A stretch of DNA of 63,823 bases, filler included, from Octopus bimaculoides (lineage: Eukaryota), in NCBI RefSeq assembly GCF_001194135.2. It is 6 parts of 6 records of this genome, joined end to end, with 100 filler letters (N's around TTAATTAATTAA, not from the genome) between each part and the next. Parts side by side here need not be neighbours in the genome. Positions count along the whole stretch, not along the records: positions 29,830 to 44,578 come from NC_068983.1; positions 44,679 to 59,317 come from NC_069000.1; 4 more parts are not named here. One strand, given 5' to 3'. Position numbers and translations under genes: made by a program. Of this stretch, positions 38,781-51,770 are shown piece after piece; the stretch's first letter is position 1; every line of letters begins with the position of its first letter. Below the pieces are notes generated by a model. The model was not told where the DNA came from, did no database searches, and worked only from the letters and a program-made list of their open reading frames with translations.

Positions 38781-39267
38781 AGAAACAGGCACAGAGATGT
38801 CTGCACACAAATATTTACCCGCAAACAATACAAATGAATGCACTACACAATATACAAAACTAATAATGGAGCAACCAAACCCACCAAATGAATTTAAATG
38901 AACAAAAATCACTTGTATACAGACACTACACTCTCAACGAAAAGTAATGCACACAACTTTCAAGATATATACAAATAACATTACAAAAACATTCCAACCT
39001 CGACCTATTTTAAGACCAAGCCCTAGCCTCTCACAACAACAGGGGTGAGCTTGAGGTCAGATTGTTGTACCTATACACAACAACACCCTACCGTCTACGG
39101 AACATTTACATCAACTAAGTTCACTTCGAGGAAGACCCAATACGCGGAACCTGATGAAACTGCACCGACATATTGCAAGGCTGCATGTAAAGCAATGTGC
39201 AGTCGCTGCAGTGGAAACGCTGTAAATAACTGTAAAATAAACATTGTGGGTGTACAAGTATCCGTAC

Positions 39268-39675
39268 TTATTGTGGGTGTGTCGTAAGAAGCTTGTTTCT
39301 CAGCCACATGGATTGGGGTTCAGTTCCACTTTGAGCGAGTGTCTTTCACTATAGACTCGGGCCGATCAAAGCTTTCTGAATAGATTTGGCAGACGGAAAC
39401 TGAAAGAAGCCCGTTGTATATGTATGTGTTTATGTGCATGTATCTTTCTGTCTATATTTGTTCCCTCGCCATAACTTGACAACCGATGTAGGTGTGTTTA
39501 CGCACGCATAACTTGGTGATTCAACAAAAGAGTGCAATAAAATAAGTACTAGGCTTATAGAGAATTAGTCAATTAGTCCTGAGGTGTGTTGCTTTGACTA
39601 GGGTCACTCTAAGGCGGTACTCAAACTTGGCTGCAGTCAAAATAACTGAAACAATTAAAAGAATACAAGAATGAA
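39268..39675 (+). mobile_element. SINE family B, near full length
   Basis: Head (TAAGAAGCTTGTTTCTCAGCCACATGG..GGGTTCAGTTCCACT), GACGGAAACTGAAAGAAGCCCG, microsatellite, TTGACAACCGATG..AATAAGTACTAGGCTTA..AAGGCGGTACTC..AACTGAAAC tail. Confidence 0.88.
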
Positions 39676-39680
39676 ACTAC

Positions 39681-39713
<33 letters not shown>

Positions 39714-40330
39714 NNNNNNNNNNNNNNNNNNNNNNNNATATATATATTCCTCTCCCTTGCCTCCTTCTCCTCTGTCTGTTTGCTTCCACGTGACTACAGG
39801 CCATTTCTCTCACCTCTGTCTCTTCTGGACGTGACGTCTCCCTAGCTGGACGTCATTTTTCTCGCCTTCCGACATTTTTATCACTTCTACTATTTTCTTA
39901 CTTTCTATTTATTATATATCCTTTCAAAATATCTCCCATGCGTTACCCATTGCAATGTGTCATGGATTAATGGCCCTTAATATTTGTCTGCGTCGGTTGT
40001 TTACTCCGTATGTCCACTCTGTCATAAATTGTTCGTTCGAAACACTAACTCAGCACAAATTTTATATTTTAAAAATTTCTGGATGCTGCTGTTTTATGAA
40101 AGTTTCCTATCTTGTCGTTGAGGGAGTAATTAACTGTCGACACCTGAGGAGGGGGTTAATCTTCTTTTGATATTTTCTCCAGTACTTGTATCTCGTTATG
40201 TGTTTATGTATTTTTTCACTCGTTGGCGATGTCCTGTACTTATTGTATATTTTGTATATTTTTTAGTAGTTTTTCCTGTATTTATCTATCGTGTGTTTAC
40301 GTATTTTGCAATGTCCTGTATTTGATATAT

Positions 40331-40374
<44 letters not shown>

Positions 40375-40409
40375 ACGGATGTCTTTCCATTTTCGTCATA
40401 CAAATCAAC

Positions 40410-41460
40410 TCTCGAGATTTAGGTCGATCAGAGGTTAAAATGGAAGAGAAATCGCCAAGGTACCAGGTAGTGGGACGAAATGCGTATCTATGTTGTTGAG
40501 AAATAAACTTCATACACCAAAGTCAGGCCATACATACATACTTACATGCGGCTGATAACATTATAAGACTTGGAAGGCAGTTCCTTGAGCAACACGCTTT
40601 GTCTGATAACCTAGAATACATGCCCAAAGAAGTTGCACGACTCTACCGCAATATATCAGCAGATGAAAAAACGAGTCTATATAAGCGAAAGACTATGCAT
40701 GAATATATTAGTAGAAAGCTCGGTGATGATCATCAAAGCAGTTTATCATGGACCAATGGCCGGATTACTACCCCCCACTTTGAAGGGTGAGCGTTTGCAA
40801 TCCAGAAACAGGAAATATCAACTAAATACCTGACGCACAAAAGAAATGCAGGAAAAGCTGTGAAATGTGACAACCGATGCAGACTTTGTGGCGTTTACAC
40901 TGAAGATATCACCTACATCATAAGAAGTTGCCTGAAAATGTGACCGCGGTATTATGTACCGACGAGACATGACGTTGTCGCTAGAAACCTCTATTATGAC
41001 ATCCGTCGGAAAAAGAGTAAAAAGAGATAAGAACCCACGATATGGTAGAGGCCATAGCCACTCATAATGAAAAGGAATACTAGTGGAATGTACCAGTGAT
41101 GACCCCAATAAAAATATAAGCACATCAGACCTGAAATAATGATTTGGGATAGAGAAGAGAAACAGTTGTGAAAATTAGCTGTCCAGCGGATGTTAACATG
41201 AAGCTAAAGATCAGTGAAAAAAAAACATCTATGCTGAACTATTGAGAAACCAAAGTTGCTCTAGCCAGATTACAAGTTCAGGTTCATACCTGTAATTATT
41301 GGGGCCATGAGATATGTAACACACTGCCTAAATAACAATCTCGAGAAATTAGGCTTCTCAAATCTAGAGCGGAGAAAGCTAATTCGAAGACTACAGATCC
41401 AATCCATTTCTAGAACTGTAAAGATCTGTAAAACTTTCCAGAAGTTTATAATTTAAGTAT
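40410..41460 (+). mobile_element. R4/Dong-like RLE LINE relic, copy 5
   Basis: CRLCGVYTEDITYII, YVPTRHDVVARNLYYDIR, KHIRPEIMIWDRE, SCPADVN, FIPVIIGAM, LEKLGFS..LQIQSISRTVKICKTF. Confidence 0.85.
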
Positions 41461-41769
41461 ATATGGGCATGTCTAGATATGTAACTATATTCATGAGAAT
41501 ACATACATAAAACATACAAATCTGCACATATACATACATACATACATACATACATACATACAAAAATACCCTGTTGTTGATGCTGAGATTCCAATGAAGA
41601 AGCCTTGGATCTAGGTTAGAAACCGGTTCTTTCTCTATTGGCAAGAAGTCCTGAAATAATATGAATAATGACATACATAAATACATACATTCATTCATAT
41701 ATAGATAGAGATATCGCTGGTACTAGTTATTTTAGACTTATGAATCAATAAATCAACATATCATATGGG

Positions 41770-41972
41770 TCTGAAATTTTGGCGCAAAGTCAGCAATTTT
41801 GGCTGAATGGGTTAAATCGATTACATCGACAGCACGACTTAACTGATATTTAATCTATGGACCCGAAAAGATGAATGGCAAAAGTCCACCTCAGCAGAAT
41901 GTGAACTCAGAATTTAAAGTCGGACGAAAGTGCAGCATGTCTTTTGCCTGGTATTCTAACGATTCTACCAGT
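41770..41972 (-). mobile_element. SINE family A, diverged
   Basis: Reverse complement of head (CTGGTAGAATCGTTAGAATACC), B-box and core. Confidence 0.75.
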
Positions 41973-43539
41973 AAAAAATAGATGCATGCTAAAACGTATT
42001 GCAACTCAAGTTTTGCAATATGTTAAACCATTCCCACACTTGAGTTATCAGGTTTTAGTACATACTGCTTGTGAGATGCTCTGAACGCACCTCTTCAAGT
42101 TTACCTTATTATACAGTAGTGCTCAATGCTTCTAAATAATTTTACTCAGTAGATGTGATTTTGACAGCAACAGAACGTCGCTAGAGCTAAATCCACAATA
42201 TTCCATCTATTTAAAGGCTACTATTTAACTCACGTTATCATTTTGCAAACGCTATTGGAAGAAAAGTCTTTCTGTTTCATGTAGTTTCGTCGAAAAGTGT
42301 CCGAGTCAGAAATTATAATAAATCGAGTAAAAATACAATATTTCTGAATAACAGAGATAAACTATATTGATTACATTTTATTACAAAAGTAATAAATATA
42401 GTTACTTTGATCTTATTGCTAAATGATGCACTTTTTTCGGTTTTTTCCTGCATACAATTGCATTTCATGCTTGTAATTGTGTCTGTATTTAATTACTTTT
42501 TTGAAATCGTTGCTTAAAAATATAGTTTTCAAAAGATGAAAAGTAGATTAGAGCAGATTAAATATTGTGTTGTTTATCTGTTTTATTTCAAGTCAATAAA
42601 GTTATAAATCAGAGTAGAAACGAACCAAATTTTCGAAGATGAATGAAAGAAGGAGAGAATTTAATTTTCAAGCAAATTAATTTTAGAAAATTGTGGAAAA
42701 TATTTTTAAACTAGAAGAACGGGAAGAGCTTTAAGTATAGTTTTGTTGTAGTTGACTCGTCATTGTATGGTAGGTAGCGGTCTAGAGTGTAGTAAATATT
42801 GTTTAATTGATTGAGAGTCTGATAAATGACTTGATGTATCTTCTAAACTGATTATTCATCTCAAAGTCCGATCAATCTAAATCAAAAATTTTCTCATTGG
42901 AAAATAAATTTGAAAAGCGAAATGGTTTTTACGAGGGAAATGAAATGAAATTCGTATTTAATGCCAAGATAGATATCGTCTCATAATTTTAAATATATAA
43001 ATCATTTTACGTATGTTGATCTGAATATATTTGCTGAATAATAGACAAATAAACTGACACTTATATATGCAATGCGTGNNNNNNNNNNNNNNNNNNNNNN
43101 NNNNNNNNNNNNNNNNNNNNNNNNNNNNNNNNNNNNNNNNNNNNNNNNNNNNNNNNNNNNNNNNNNNNNNNNNNNNNNNNNNNNNNNNNNNNNNNNNNNN
43201 NNNNNNNNNNNNNNNNNNNNNNNNNNNNNNNNNNNNNNNNNNNNNNNNNNNNNNNNNNNNNNNNNNNNNNNNNNNNNNNNNNNNNNNNNNNNNNNNNNNN
43301 NNNNNNNNNNNNNNNNNNNNNNNNNNNNNNNNNNNNNNNNNNNNNNNNNNNNNNNNNNNNNNNNNNNNNNNNNNNNNNNNNNNNNNNNNNNNNNTATATA
43401 TATATATATATATATATATCTTTTATCTTTTATCTGTTACTACTCTCAACCTAGGGCTGAGATCGTGCTGGTGCACCACCTGTAGTTACGCGGTGTTGTT
43501 TCCGGTATTGTTTTGGGTGAAATAGCGATGTGAATGGAG

Positions 43540-44478
43540 CTCCTCCTCTGTGTGTCTCCTGGTGCCATGTCGGTTCATCTGGTATCTCAGACGTTCCTCC
43601 ACATCAACACCATGTAGATCTCTTATTTGATATGGTGAAGACGGGATCTTTAGTATAGTGTAGTACCGTCCAGTTCGAGGGTTTGTGTAGCTGTCGATTC
43701 CAAAATTGGGAGCTAGATCCTCCAAGATTTTCGAAATATATATCACAGCATATCTCTCTCCTCTTCTCTCCAGGGAGTAGAGATTCAGCTCCTTTAGCCT
43801 CTCCCAGTAGACCATTTTTTGCATCGAGTTAATCTTCTTTGTGTATTGGCGCTGTATTGCTTCGAGTTCCACAGTTTGTTCCACACTCTATAGGTACCAT
43901 AGTTGGAAGCAGCTGTCCAAGCGGCTGAGAATGAAAGTCTTCCATAGGAGTAGCAGGGCTCCCCTTTTCCTGGATCTGAATGTTCTCAGAATCCAGCCAG
44001 CCACTCGTCCGCACAGTGTTGCTATCTTGGTAATATGCACATGGAATGTTGCATCATTGCTCATATGAAACTCCAGGTCTCGCATCACTCTGACTCTGGG
44101 ATAGTATTACCTTCTGGTCCAGTGTATTCCGATTTTAGCCTGGTGTTGGGCTGATAGTGGAGTACCTGAAATTTCATAGCATTGAAGTGCATGTTATTTT
44201 TGTTAGCCCGTTTGTAGATTTCATTCAGGTATTTCTGCAGTGTTATGACGTCCTCTGGGTTTCTGAGGATACTTTTGTGTCGTCAGCGTAACTGGTCAGA
44301 TTGGCTGACTGTATCACGGAGGATATGCCTGAGAGAACCACTACAAATAGTAGTGGCCATAGTACAGTTCCCTGTGGGACTCTGCTGAGAATTGGCGTCT
44401 CTGCAGAGTGAGCAACATTAGCTACAACTGTCTGCCTCCTAACCTTCAGAAAGTCATGCAGCCGTTCTCCCAGTTTCC
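43540..44478 (-). mobile_element. CR1/L2-like LINE 3' relic
   Basis: RVPQGTVLWPLLFVV..SYADDTKV, MRDLEFHMSNDATF..GWILRTFRSR, YWERLKELNLYSLERRGERYAVIYI; same family as 25080-25985. Confidence 0.9.
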
Positions 44479-44547
44479 CGGTGATACATACGTACATACA
44501 TACATACATAGATACATACATACATACATACATGTATACATATATAT

Positions 44548-44578
<31 letters not shown>

Positions 44579-44689
44579 NNNNNNNNNNNNNNNNNNNNNN
44601 NNNNNNNNNNNNNNNNNNNNNNTTAATTAATTAANNNNNNNNNNNNNNNNNNNNNNNNNNNNNNNNNNNNNNNNNNNNTGTGCCACTAT

Positions 44690-44767
44690 CAACAACAAGC
44701 TCTTGCTGCGTTATGGTCGTCACCGCCGCCAGCCGTCAGCATCATCACCATCAATATCTCCAACAGC

Positions 44768-44798
<31 letters not shown>

Positions 44799-44935
44799 TC
44801 TTCTTCTTCATCACCAACACCACCACCACCATCATCACCATCCTCATCACCATCATCATCATCAGCAGCAGCAGCAGCATCATCATCGTCGTCGTCGTCG
44901 TCATCATCGTCACCATCATAATCACCACTATCATC

Positions 44936-44977
<42 letters not shown>

Positions 44978-45010
44978 GTCATCGTCATCGTCATCATCGT
45001 CATCAACTCC
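44690..45010. repeat. Compound (CAT/CAC/CAG/CGT)n trinucleotide tract
   Basis: Directly visible; source of poly-H/D/S pseudo-ORFs. Confidence 0.9.
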
Positions 45011-46643
45011 ACTCAAACCACAAAGCATCACCCTCTGTGGTCGTTCCACTTACAAGAAACAACAGTCAAATCTACCAGAAATTCTACAGTAGGGAAAAAA
45101 AAAAAATATATATATATATATATATACAAGACGGTCACGGTTGGAAAGCATTTTCGATCATTATATATATATATATATATAAAGGTCTGTGAAACCGTCC
45201 ACAACAGACCTGAGTTGCGTCTAAACAACAGCGACAACAAAATCAACAACAACGAATGAGTTAATCGAATTGCTAGAAATCATAGCCAAAACTCCATCCA
45301 ATCGTAACGTATGATACATTAGATAATGTAATCCACGGTGCCCTATGACTGCAAGAATAAAATATATATATACATGAAAAAGACATAAGATGGACGTATG
45401 CAGAATGGGTCATTGGTTTTTGTTGTGTTTCTTTTTTTCATTTCTGGACCGAGGCCAGCCTAGGGTTAAAGGACTACAACAACACAAGCAACGGCACCAC
45501 TATCTTCACCCAACCAACACACGTTATTCTAATGCGTTTAGTGATGTATACACACACATATATATATACATACATATATATTTTTTTTTTATTTATGTGT
45601 TTCAGCCAAGTGGCTGCGGTCATGCTGGTGCACCACCGTGATTTTCACGTTCCTTGCATGGCTCTTCTTGCATGGCTTTATGTATATATATATATATACA
45701 TAAATATATATATACATATATATATATACAGTACATATGTATATATATGTATACATACATATATATATATATACATATTTATATATATATATNNNNNNNN
45801 NNNNNNNNNNNNNNNNNNNNNNNNNNNNNNNNNNNNNNNNNNNNNNNNNNNNNNNNNNNNNNNNNNNNNNNNNNNNNNNNNNNNNNNNNNNNNNNNNNNN
45901 NNNNNNNNNNNNNNNNNNNNNNNNNNNNNNNNNNNNNNNNNNNNNNNNNNNNNNNNNNNNNNNNNNNNNNNNNNNNNNNNNNNNNNNNNNNNNNNNNNNN
46001 NNNNNNNNNNNNNNNNNNNNNNNNNNNNNNNNNNNNNNNNNNNNNNNNNNNNNNNNNNNNNNNNNNNNNNNNNNNNNNNNNNNNNNNNNNNNNNNNNNNN
46101 NNNNNNNNNNNNNNNNNNNNNNNNNNNNNNNNNNNNNNNNNNNNNNNNNNNNNNNNNNNNNNNNNNNNNNNNNNNNNNNNNNNNNNNNNNNNNNNNNNNN
46201 NNNNNNNNNNNNNNNNNNNNNNNNNNNNNNNNNNNNNNNNNNNNNNNNNNNNNNNNNNNNNNNNNNNNNNNNNNNNNNNNNNNNNNNNNNNNNNNNNNNN
46301 NNNNNNNNNNNNNNNNNNNNNNNNNNNNNNNNNNNNNNNNNNNNNNNNNNNNNNNNNNNNNNNNNNNNNNNNNNNNNNNNNNNNNNNNNNNNTTTATTGA
46401 ACTCAAAATACTTTTTCGAGTCCCGTTCTGATTACTTTCTTAAATACTTTCTTGTAAACTGTTTTTAACATTTTCTTATTATCAAAGAATGTATAACTGT
46501 ATTTTAATACTTTTGTGACAACCAGTACTTAACACAACAAAGCTTGTACAAAGCTTTACATTTTACTTTTGACAATCGTTGGCTAAAAAAGTGAAACCGG
46601 TCAAGTGAATAAACATCTTTAAAATTGCATTTTCAAACCTTTC

Positions 46644-46733
<90 letters not shown>

Positions 46734-46929
46734 CATAATGCCGCCAATACCACCATCACATTATAAAACTACACCAATAACCATTTTCAGACTGACAGCA
46801 AAACTACCACCACCACCACCAAAACCACCACTACCATCAAGGTGCGCCAAAAACACCAAGAACATCACCCAAAACCACCAATACCAACAGCAGCAGCAAC
46901 AACAATAACAACAACAACGTTGCCACTAT

Positions 46930-47660
46930 GGCGAACCCTCTTACGGCTCTTCGCGTTCTGAGTTCAAATTTCGTTGAAGTCACCTTTGGCTTTCATCCCT
47001 CCAAGTTCGATAAAATAAAGCATCCCGCAAGTATCGAGGTCAATACAATCGACTTACTCCAGACCCATTGCTTCCTTACTTCCTGAGTTCAATTTCAGCC
47101 GAGTCCCACTTTGCCCTTCATCCTTTCGGGATCGATAAAATAAGTACCAGTTGAGTACTGAGGTCGATGTAATCGACTTAACCGTTTTCCCCAGACTTGC
47201 TGGCCTCGTGCCAATATTTGAAACCATTATTATTATTATCATTATCATTATCGTTATCATTATCAAAGCGGCGAGCTGGCAGAATCGTTAGCACGCCGGG
47301 CGAAATGCTTAGCGGTATTTCATCTGCCGTTACGTTCTGAGTTCAAATTCCGCCGAGGTCGACTTTGTCTTTTATCCTTTCAGAGTCAATTAAATGAGTA
47401 CCAGTTACGCACTGGGGTCGATGCAATCGACTTAATCCCCTTGTCTGTCCTTCTTTGTCCCCTCTATGTTTAGCCCCCTGCGGGCAATAAAGAAATAAAT
47501 TATTATTATCATTGGCCGAATCATTAGCGCGTCGGACAAAATGCTTAGCACCATTTATTTACTTATTCCGATTCTCTGCGTTCAGCGTTCAAATTCTGCC
47601 GAGGTCAAACTTGCCTTTCATTCTTTTTGGGATCGATAAAAGAAGTACCAGCCTCAACCC
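46930..47660 (+). mobile_element. Head-to-tail cluster of four SINE family A copies
   Basis: Core repeats at about 46955, 47085, 47268 (full length, to 47500) and 47513. Confidence 0.88.
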
Positions 47661-47867
47661 CCTCCTCCCCCAAAGTCAGACACCATTGTCCTTTCTTTCA
47701 CTCACTCATTCGCTACTCCTTCTTATACTTTTCCCTCCTCTTCCTTCTCCTCCTCCACTCCCACTCACACTCACTCTCCCTTCCCCACCTCCACTCACCT
47801 CTCTTCTGCTTTCTTTCTTTCTTTCTTTCCGTTTCTCTGCTTCGGTCTTATCTCAATAACAATGCTT

Positions 47868-48360
47868 GGATGGTTAGGATGGTCGGACGGCAGGATGGTC
47901 AGCTGCCAAAGATGTTTGATTGGTCAGAAGGTTCGCGATTTGGATGGTTGGATGGTTGCGTGGTTGGTTTTTTTGGACGGTGGCTTCGTTGGATGGCTGG
48001 ATGGCTGGATGGTGGGATGGTGGGATGGTTAGACCACAAGATTACTGGATAATTGGATGGTCGCGTGGTGCGGTGGTTGACTGGTTGAATGATTGGTGGC
48101 TCGGGTGATTGATCGGACATATTGTACGATGGTTGAACGGCTGAATGGTTGAATGGTTGGATGGTTGACCAGTTAGCAGGTTGGATGTTTGCCTGATTGC
48201 CTGGTTACCTGGTTTCCTAGTCGCCTGATTGCTTAGTCGCCTGGTTGCTTGGTCACCTGGATTCCTGGTTGCCTGGTCGCCAGGTTGCCTCGTCGCCTGT
48301 TTCCCTAGTCGCCTGGTTTTCTGCTTGCCTAGTCGCCTGGTTGGCTGGTTAGACGGCTGG
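47868..48360. repeat. Degenerate (GGAT/GGTT)n then (CCTGGTTGCCTAGTCG)-like tandem repeats
   Basis: Directly visible periodicity. Confidence 0.8.
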
Positions 48361-48647
48361 CGGTTTCTTTGGTCTATTTACGTGTCTCGTTGCCCGGTGT
48401 GCTGCCTGGATAGTTGACATATTGGCGGAGGCGGGTGGGGAGGATTGACTCTATGGATAACAGCTTCATTGAGAACAAACAGTTTACATACCAGCGCCAT
48501 CACCAGCGCCATCACCACCCACGTAAATGGCTGACTGCGCCTGCTAGCTATAAAAGACGGCCTGTCTGTCAGTCAGTCTGTCTGTCTCTCCGCCAGTTTC
48601 TTCTTAATAGTGTCTACCTATCTGTCACTCTCTGTTTCTCTCCTTGT

Positions 48648-48687
<40 letters not shown>

Positions 48688-48693
48688 TTTTCT

Positions 48694-49195
48694 CTGCTAT
48701 AGCAACGTGTCTGTCTATCTGTCACTCTGTCGTTTTCCCTTCTTTTCTCCCCTCTCTCTCTCTCTTTCTCTCACCTTTTTTTTCTTCTCTAGTAACGTGT
48801 CTGGTCTATCTGTCCCTCTCTATGTCTCTACATCTCTCTCTCCCCTCTCTCACCGTCTCTCTGCTCTAGTAACGTGTCTGTCTATCTGTCGCTCTCTCTC
48901 TGTTTCTCTCCCTTCCTTTATCTCCCCCTCGCTCTCTCTCTCTCTCTCTNNNNNNNNNNCCGTCTCTCTGCTCTAGTAACGTGTCTGTCTATCTGTCGCT
49001 CTCTCTCTGTTTCTCTCCCTTCCTTTATCTCCCCCTCGCTCTCTCTCTCTCTCTCTTTCTCTCACCTTATCTCTGCTCTAGTAACGTGTCTGTCTATCTG
49101 TCTCTCTCTTCCCTTCTCCCTCTCTTTCTCTCTCTCTCTCACACATACACCTTCTCTTTGCTATAGTAACATGTATGTCTGTCTACCAATCTGTT
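48694..49195. repeat. Minisatellite: six CTxTAGYAACGTGTCTGTCTATCTGTC cores separated by CT-rich spacers
   Basis: Cores at about 48694, 48787, 48861, 48968, 49073 and 49159. Confidence 0.85.
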
Positions 49196-49309
49196 TGTGT
49201 CTCTCCCAGTCAGTCTAACATAGCAGCTACTTTTCTCTCTATCTGTATCTATGTCGGTCTGTCTCTCTGACAGCCTCACATAACACCCAGCTTCCCAGCC
49301 TCGCTTTAT

Positions 49310-49805
49310 TCCCAGCTTGCCTGCCTGTCTGTCTGCCTGCCTGCCTGCCTGCCTGCCAGTCGGAATGTCAGTCAGTCTGTCTGCCTGCCTGCCCGCCTGC
49401 CTATCTATCAGAATGCTACAGAACCTCGTCAGTCTGTCTGTATGTCTACGTCTCTGTCAATCAGTCTGCTCAGCAGCCAACCTGTTAAAGTATCTGTCTG
49501 TCTGTCGGTCCGTTTGCCTGTCTCTCAGTCAGCCAGCTTGCCTGTCTGTCTGTCTGTCTATATATCTGACAGCCAGGTACCTTATTCTTGTATAACTGTC
49601 TGTCTGTCTGTCCGACTGTCTGTCGGTCCGTTTGCCTGTCTCTCAGTCAGCCAGCTTGCCTATGAAAAAGTATCTCTCAGCTTGCCTGTCTGTCTGTCCG
49701 ACTGTCTGTCTGTCCGTCTGTCTGTCTAGCTGGCTGTCTATCAGTCTATATGTCTGTCTGTCTATCAGACTGCCTAGCAGGCAGCTTTTCTGTCTGTCAG
49801 TCTGT

Positions 49806-49837
<32 letters not shown>

Positions 49838-49880
49838 ATGCCTCCCACTGTATTTCGGTTGGTCTGTCTTCCTGTCTATC
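49310..49880. repeat. Degenerate (CTGT/CCTG/GGCT)n tract with internal duplication
   Basis: Directly visible; an ~50-bp segment recurs at about 49497 and 49617. Confidence 0.85.
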
Positions 49881-50159
49881 TGTCCGTCAGTCACTGTACT
49901 TTGCGTGCCAAGCTGTATATCTCTTATCATCACCCTCATCACCATCTTCATCAACATCCTCCTCCTCCTCCTCCTCCTCCTCATTAGCATCATCATCAGC
50001 AACAACAACAACACCACCATCATTAATATCAATCATCCACAACAATTTGATCAACATCACAACCACCACAACACCACCACCAGCGCCGCCACCGCCGCCG
50101 CCGCCGACGCCACCGTCAGCTGTAGTACATGTAGTACAGTTATGTATTCACTGTTCCTC

Positions 50160-50173
50160 GTTGCCATGGTGAC
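50160..50173. promoter_or_regulatory. RFX X-box-like site GTTGCCATGGTGAC
   Basis: 12/14 match to the palindromic X-box GTTGCCATGGCAAC. Confidence 0.4.
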
Positions 50174-50394
50174 TGAAATATTTTATCACACAGTTTAGCA
50201 TACATCTGTATAGTCTACCATTCTGGCGGTAAACTGTGAGTGTATGTGTGTGTGTGTGAGAGAGACAGAGAGGGAGGGAGAGAGAGAGAGACACACACAC
50301 AGAGAAAGACAGACTGACAGAGACAGGGACTGTAAATATGTATGTGTATATATATGTATATAGATATATGTATGTATGTATGTATGTATGCACG

Positions 50395-50438
<44 letters not shown>

Positions 50439-50545
50439 ATCTGTGTATGAGATGCGTGTGTGTGCATTGATATATATGTGTGGGTGTGTGTGCATGTGTG
50501 TGCATATAGATATAAATATACACCTATTTATATATGTATATACGG

Positions 50546-50587
<42 letters not shown>

Positions 50588-51652
50588 TAAGNNNNNNNNN
50601 NNNNNNNNNNNNNNNNNNNNNNNNNNNNNNNNNNNNNNNNNNNNNNNNNNNNNNNNNNNNNNNNNNNNNNNNNNNNNNNNNNNNNNNNNNNNNNNNNNNN
50701 NNNNNNNNNNNNNNNNNNNNNNNNNNNNNNNNNNNNNNNNNNNNNNNNNNNNNNNNNNNNNNNNNNNNNNNNNNNNNNNNNNNNNNNNNNNNNNNNNNNN
50801 NNNNNNNNNNNNNNNNNNNNNNNNNNNNNNNNNNNNNNNNNNNNNNNNNNNNNNNNNNNNNNNNNNNNNNNNNNNNNNNNNNNNNNNNNNNNNNNNNNNN
50901 NNNNNNNNNNNNNNNNNNNNNNNNNNNNNNNNNNNNNNNNNNNNNNNNNNNNNNNNNNNNNNNNNNNNNNNNNNNNNNNNNNNNNNNNNNNNNNNNNNNN
51001 NNNNNNNNNNNNNNNNNNNNNNNNNNNNNNNNNNNNNNNNNNNNNNNNNNNNNNNNNNNNNNNNNNNNNNNNNNNNNNNNNNNNNNNNNNNNNNNNNNNN
51101 NNNNNNNNNNNNNNNNNNNNNNNNNNNNNNNNNNNNNNNNNNNNNNNNNNNNNNNNNNNNNNNNNNNNNNNNNNNNNNNNNNNNNNNNNNNNNNNNNNNN
51201 NNNNNNNNNNNNNNNNNNNNNNNNNNNNNNNNNNNNNNNNNNNNNNNNNNNNNNNNNNNNNNNNNNNNNNNNNNNNNNNNNNNNNNNNNNNNNNNNNNNN
51301 NNNNNNNNNNNNNNNNNNNNNNNNNNNNNNNNNNNNNNNNNNNNNNNNNNNNNNNNNNNNNNNNNNNNNNNNNNNNNNNNNNNNNNNNNNNNNNNNNNNN
51401 NNNNNNNNNNNNNNNNNNNNNNNNNNNNNNNNNNNNNNNNNNNNNNNNNNNNNNNNNNNNNNNNNNNNNNNNNNNNNNNNNNNNNNNNNNNNNNNNNNNN
51501 NNNNNNNNNNNNNNNNNNNNNNNNNNNTATATCTTACTTAATGTGGATATACTGTAGAAAGCCAGAAAATTGCAGTATTCATCTCGAGAAGGCAACTTCT
51601 ATAGATATTTAATACTAAAAAGCACAGAAATATACCAGAAGCAGACGGAAAG

Positions 51653-51689
<37 letters not shown>

Positions 51690-51693
<4 letters not shown>

Positions 51694-51770
51694 GACGGCC
51701 TTCTTTCAGTTTCAGTCTATCAAATCCACTCACAAGGCTTTGGTCGGCCCGAGGCTATAGTAGAAGACGT
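51690..51770 (-). mobile_element. SINE family B, middle fragment
   Basis: Reverse complement of GTCTTCTACTATAGCCTCGGGCCGACCAAAGCCTTGTGAGTGGATTTG..ACTGAAAGAAGGCCGTCG. Confidence 0.85.

Noticed and set aside
40135-40190. CTGAGGA followed by a G-rich stem
   Set aside because: No GAAA or stem III follows.
48694-49195. CRISPR-like repeat-spacer appearance
   Set aside because: Eukaryotic context, low-complexity and partly identical spacers, variable lengths, no cas genes.
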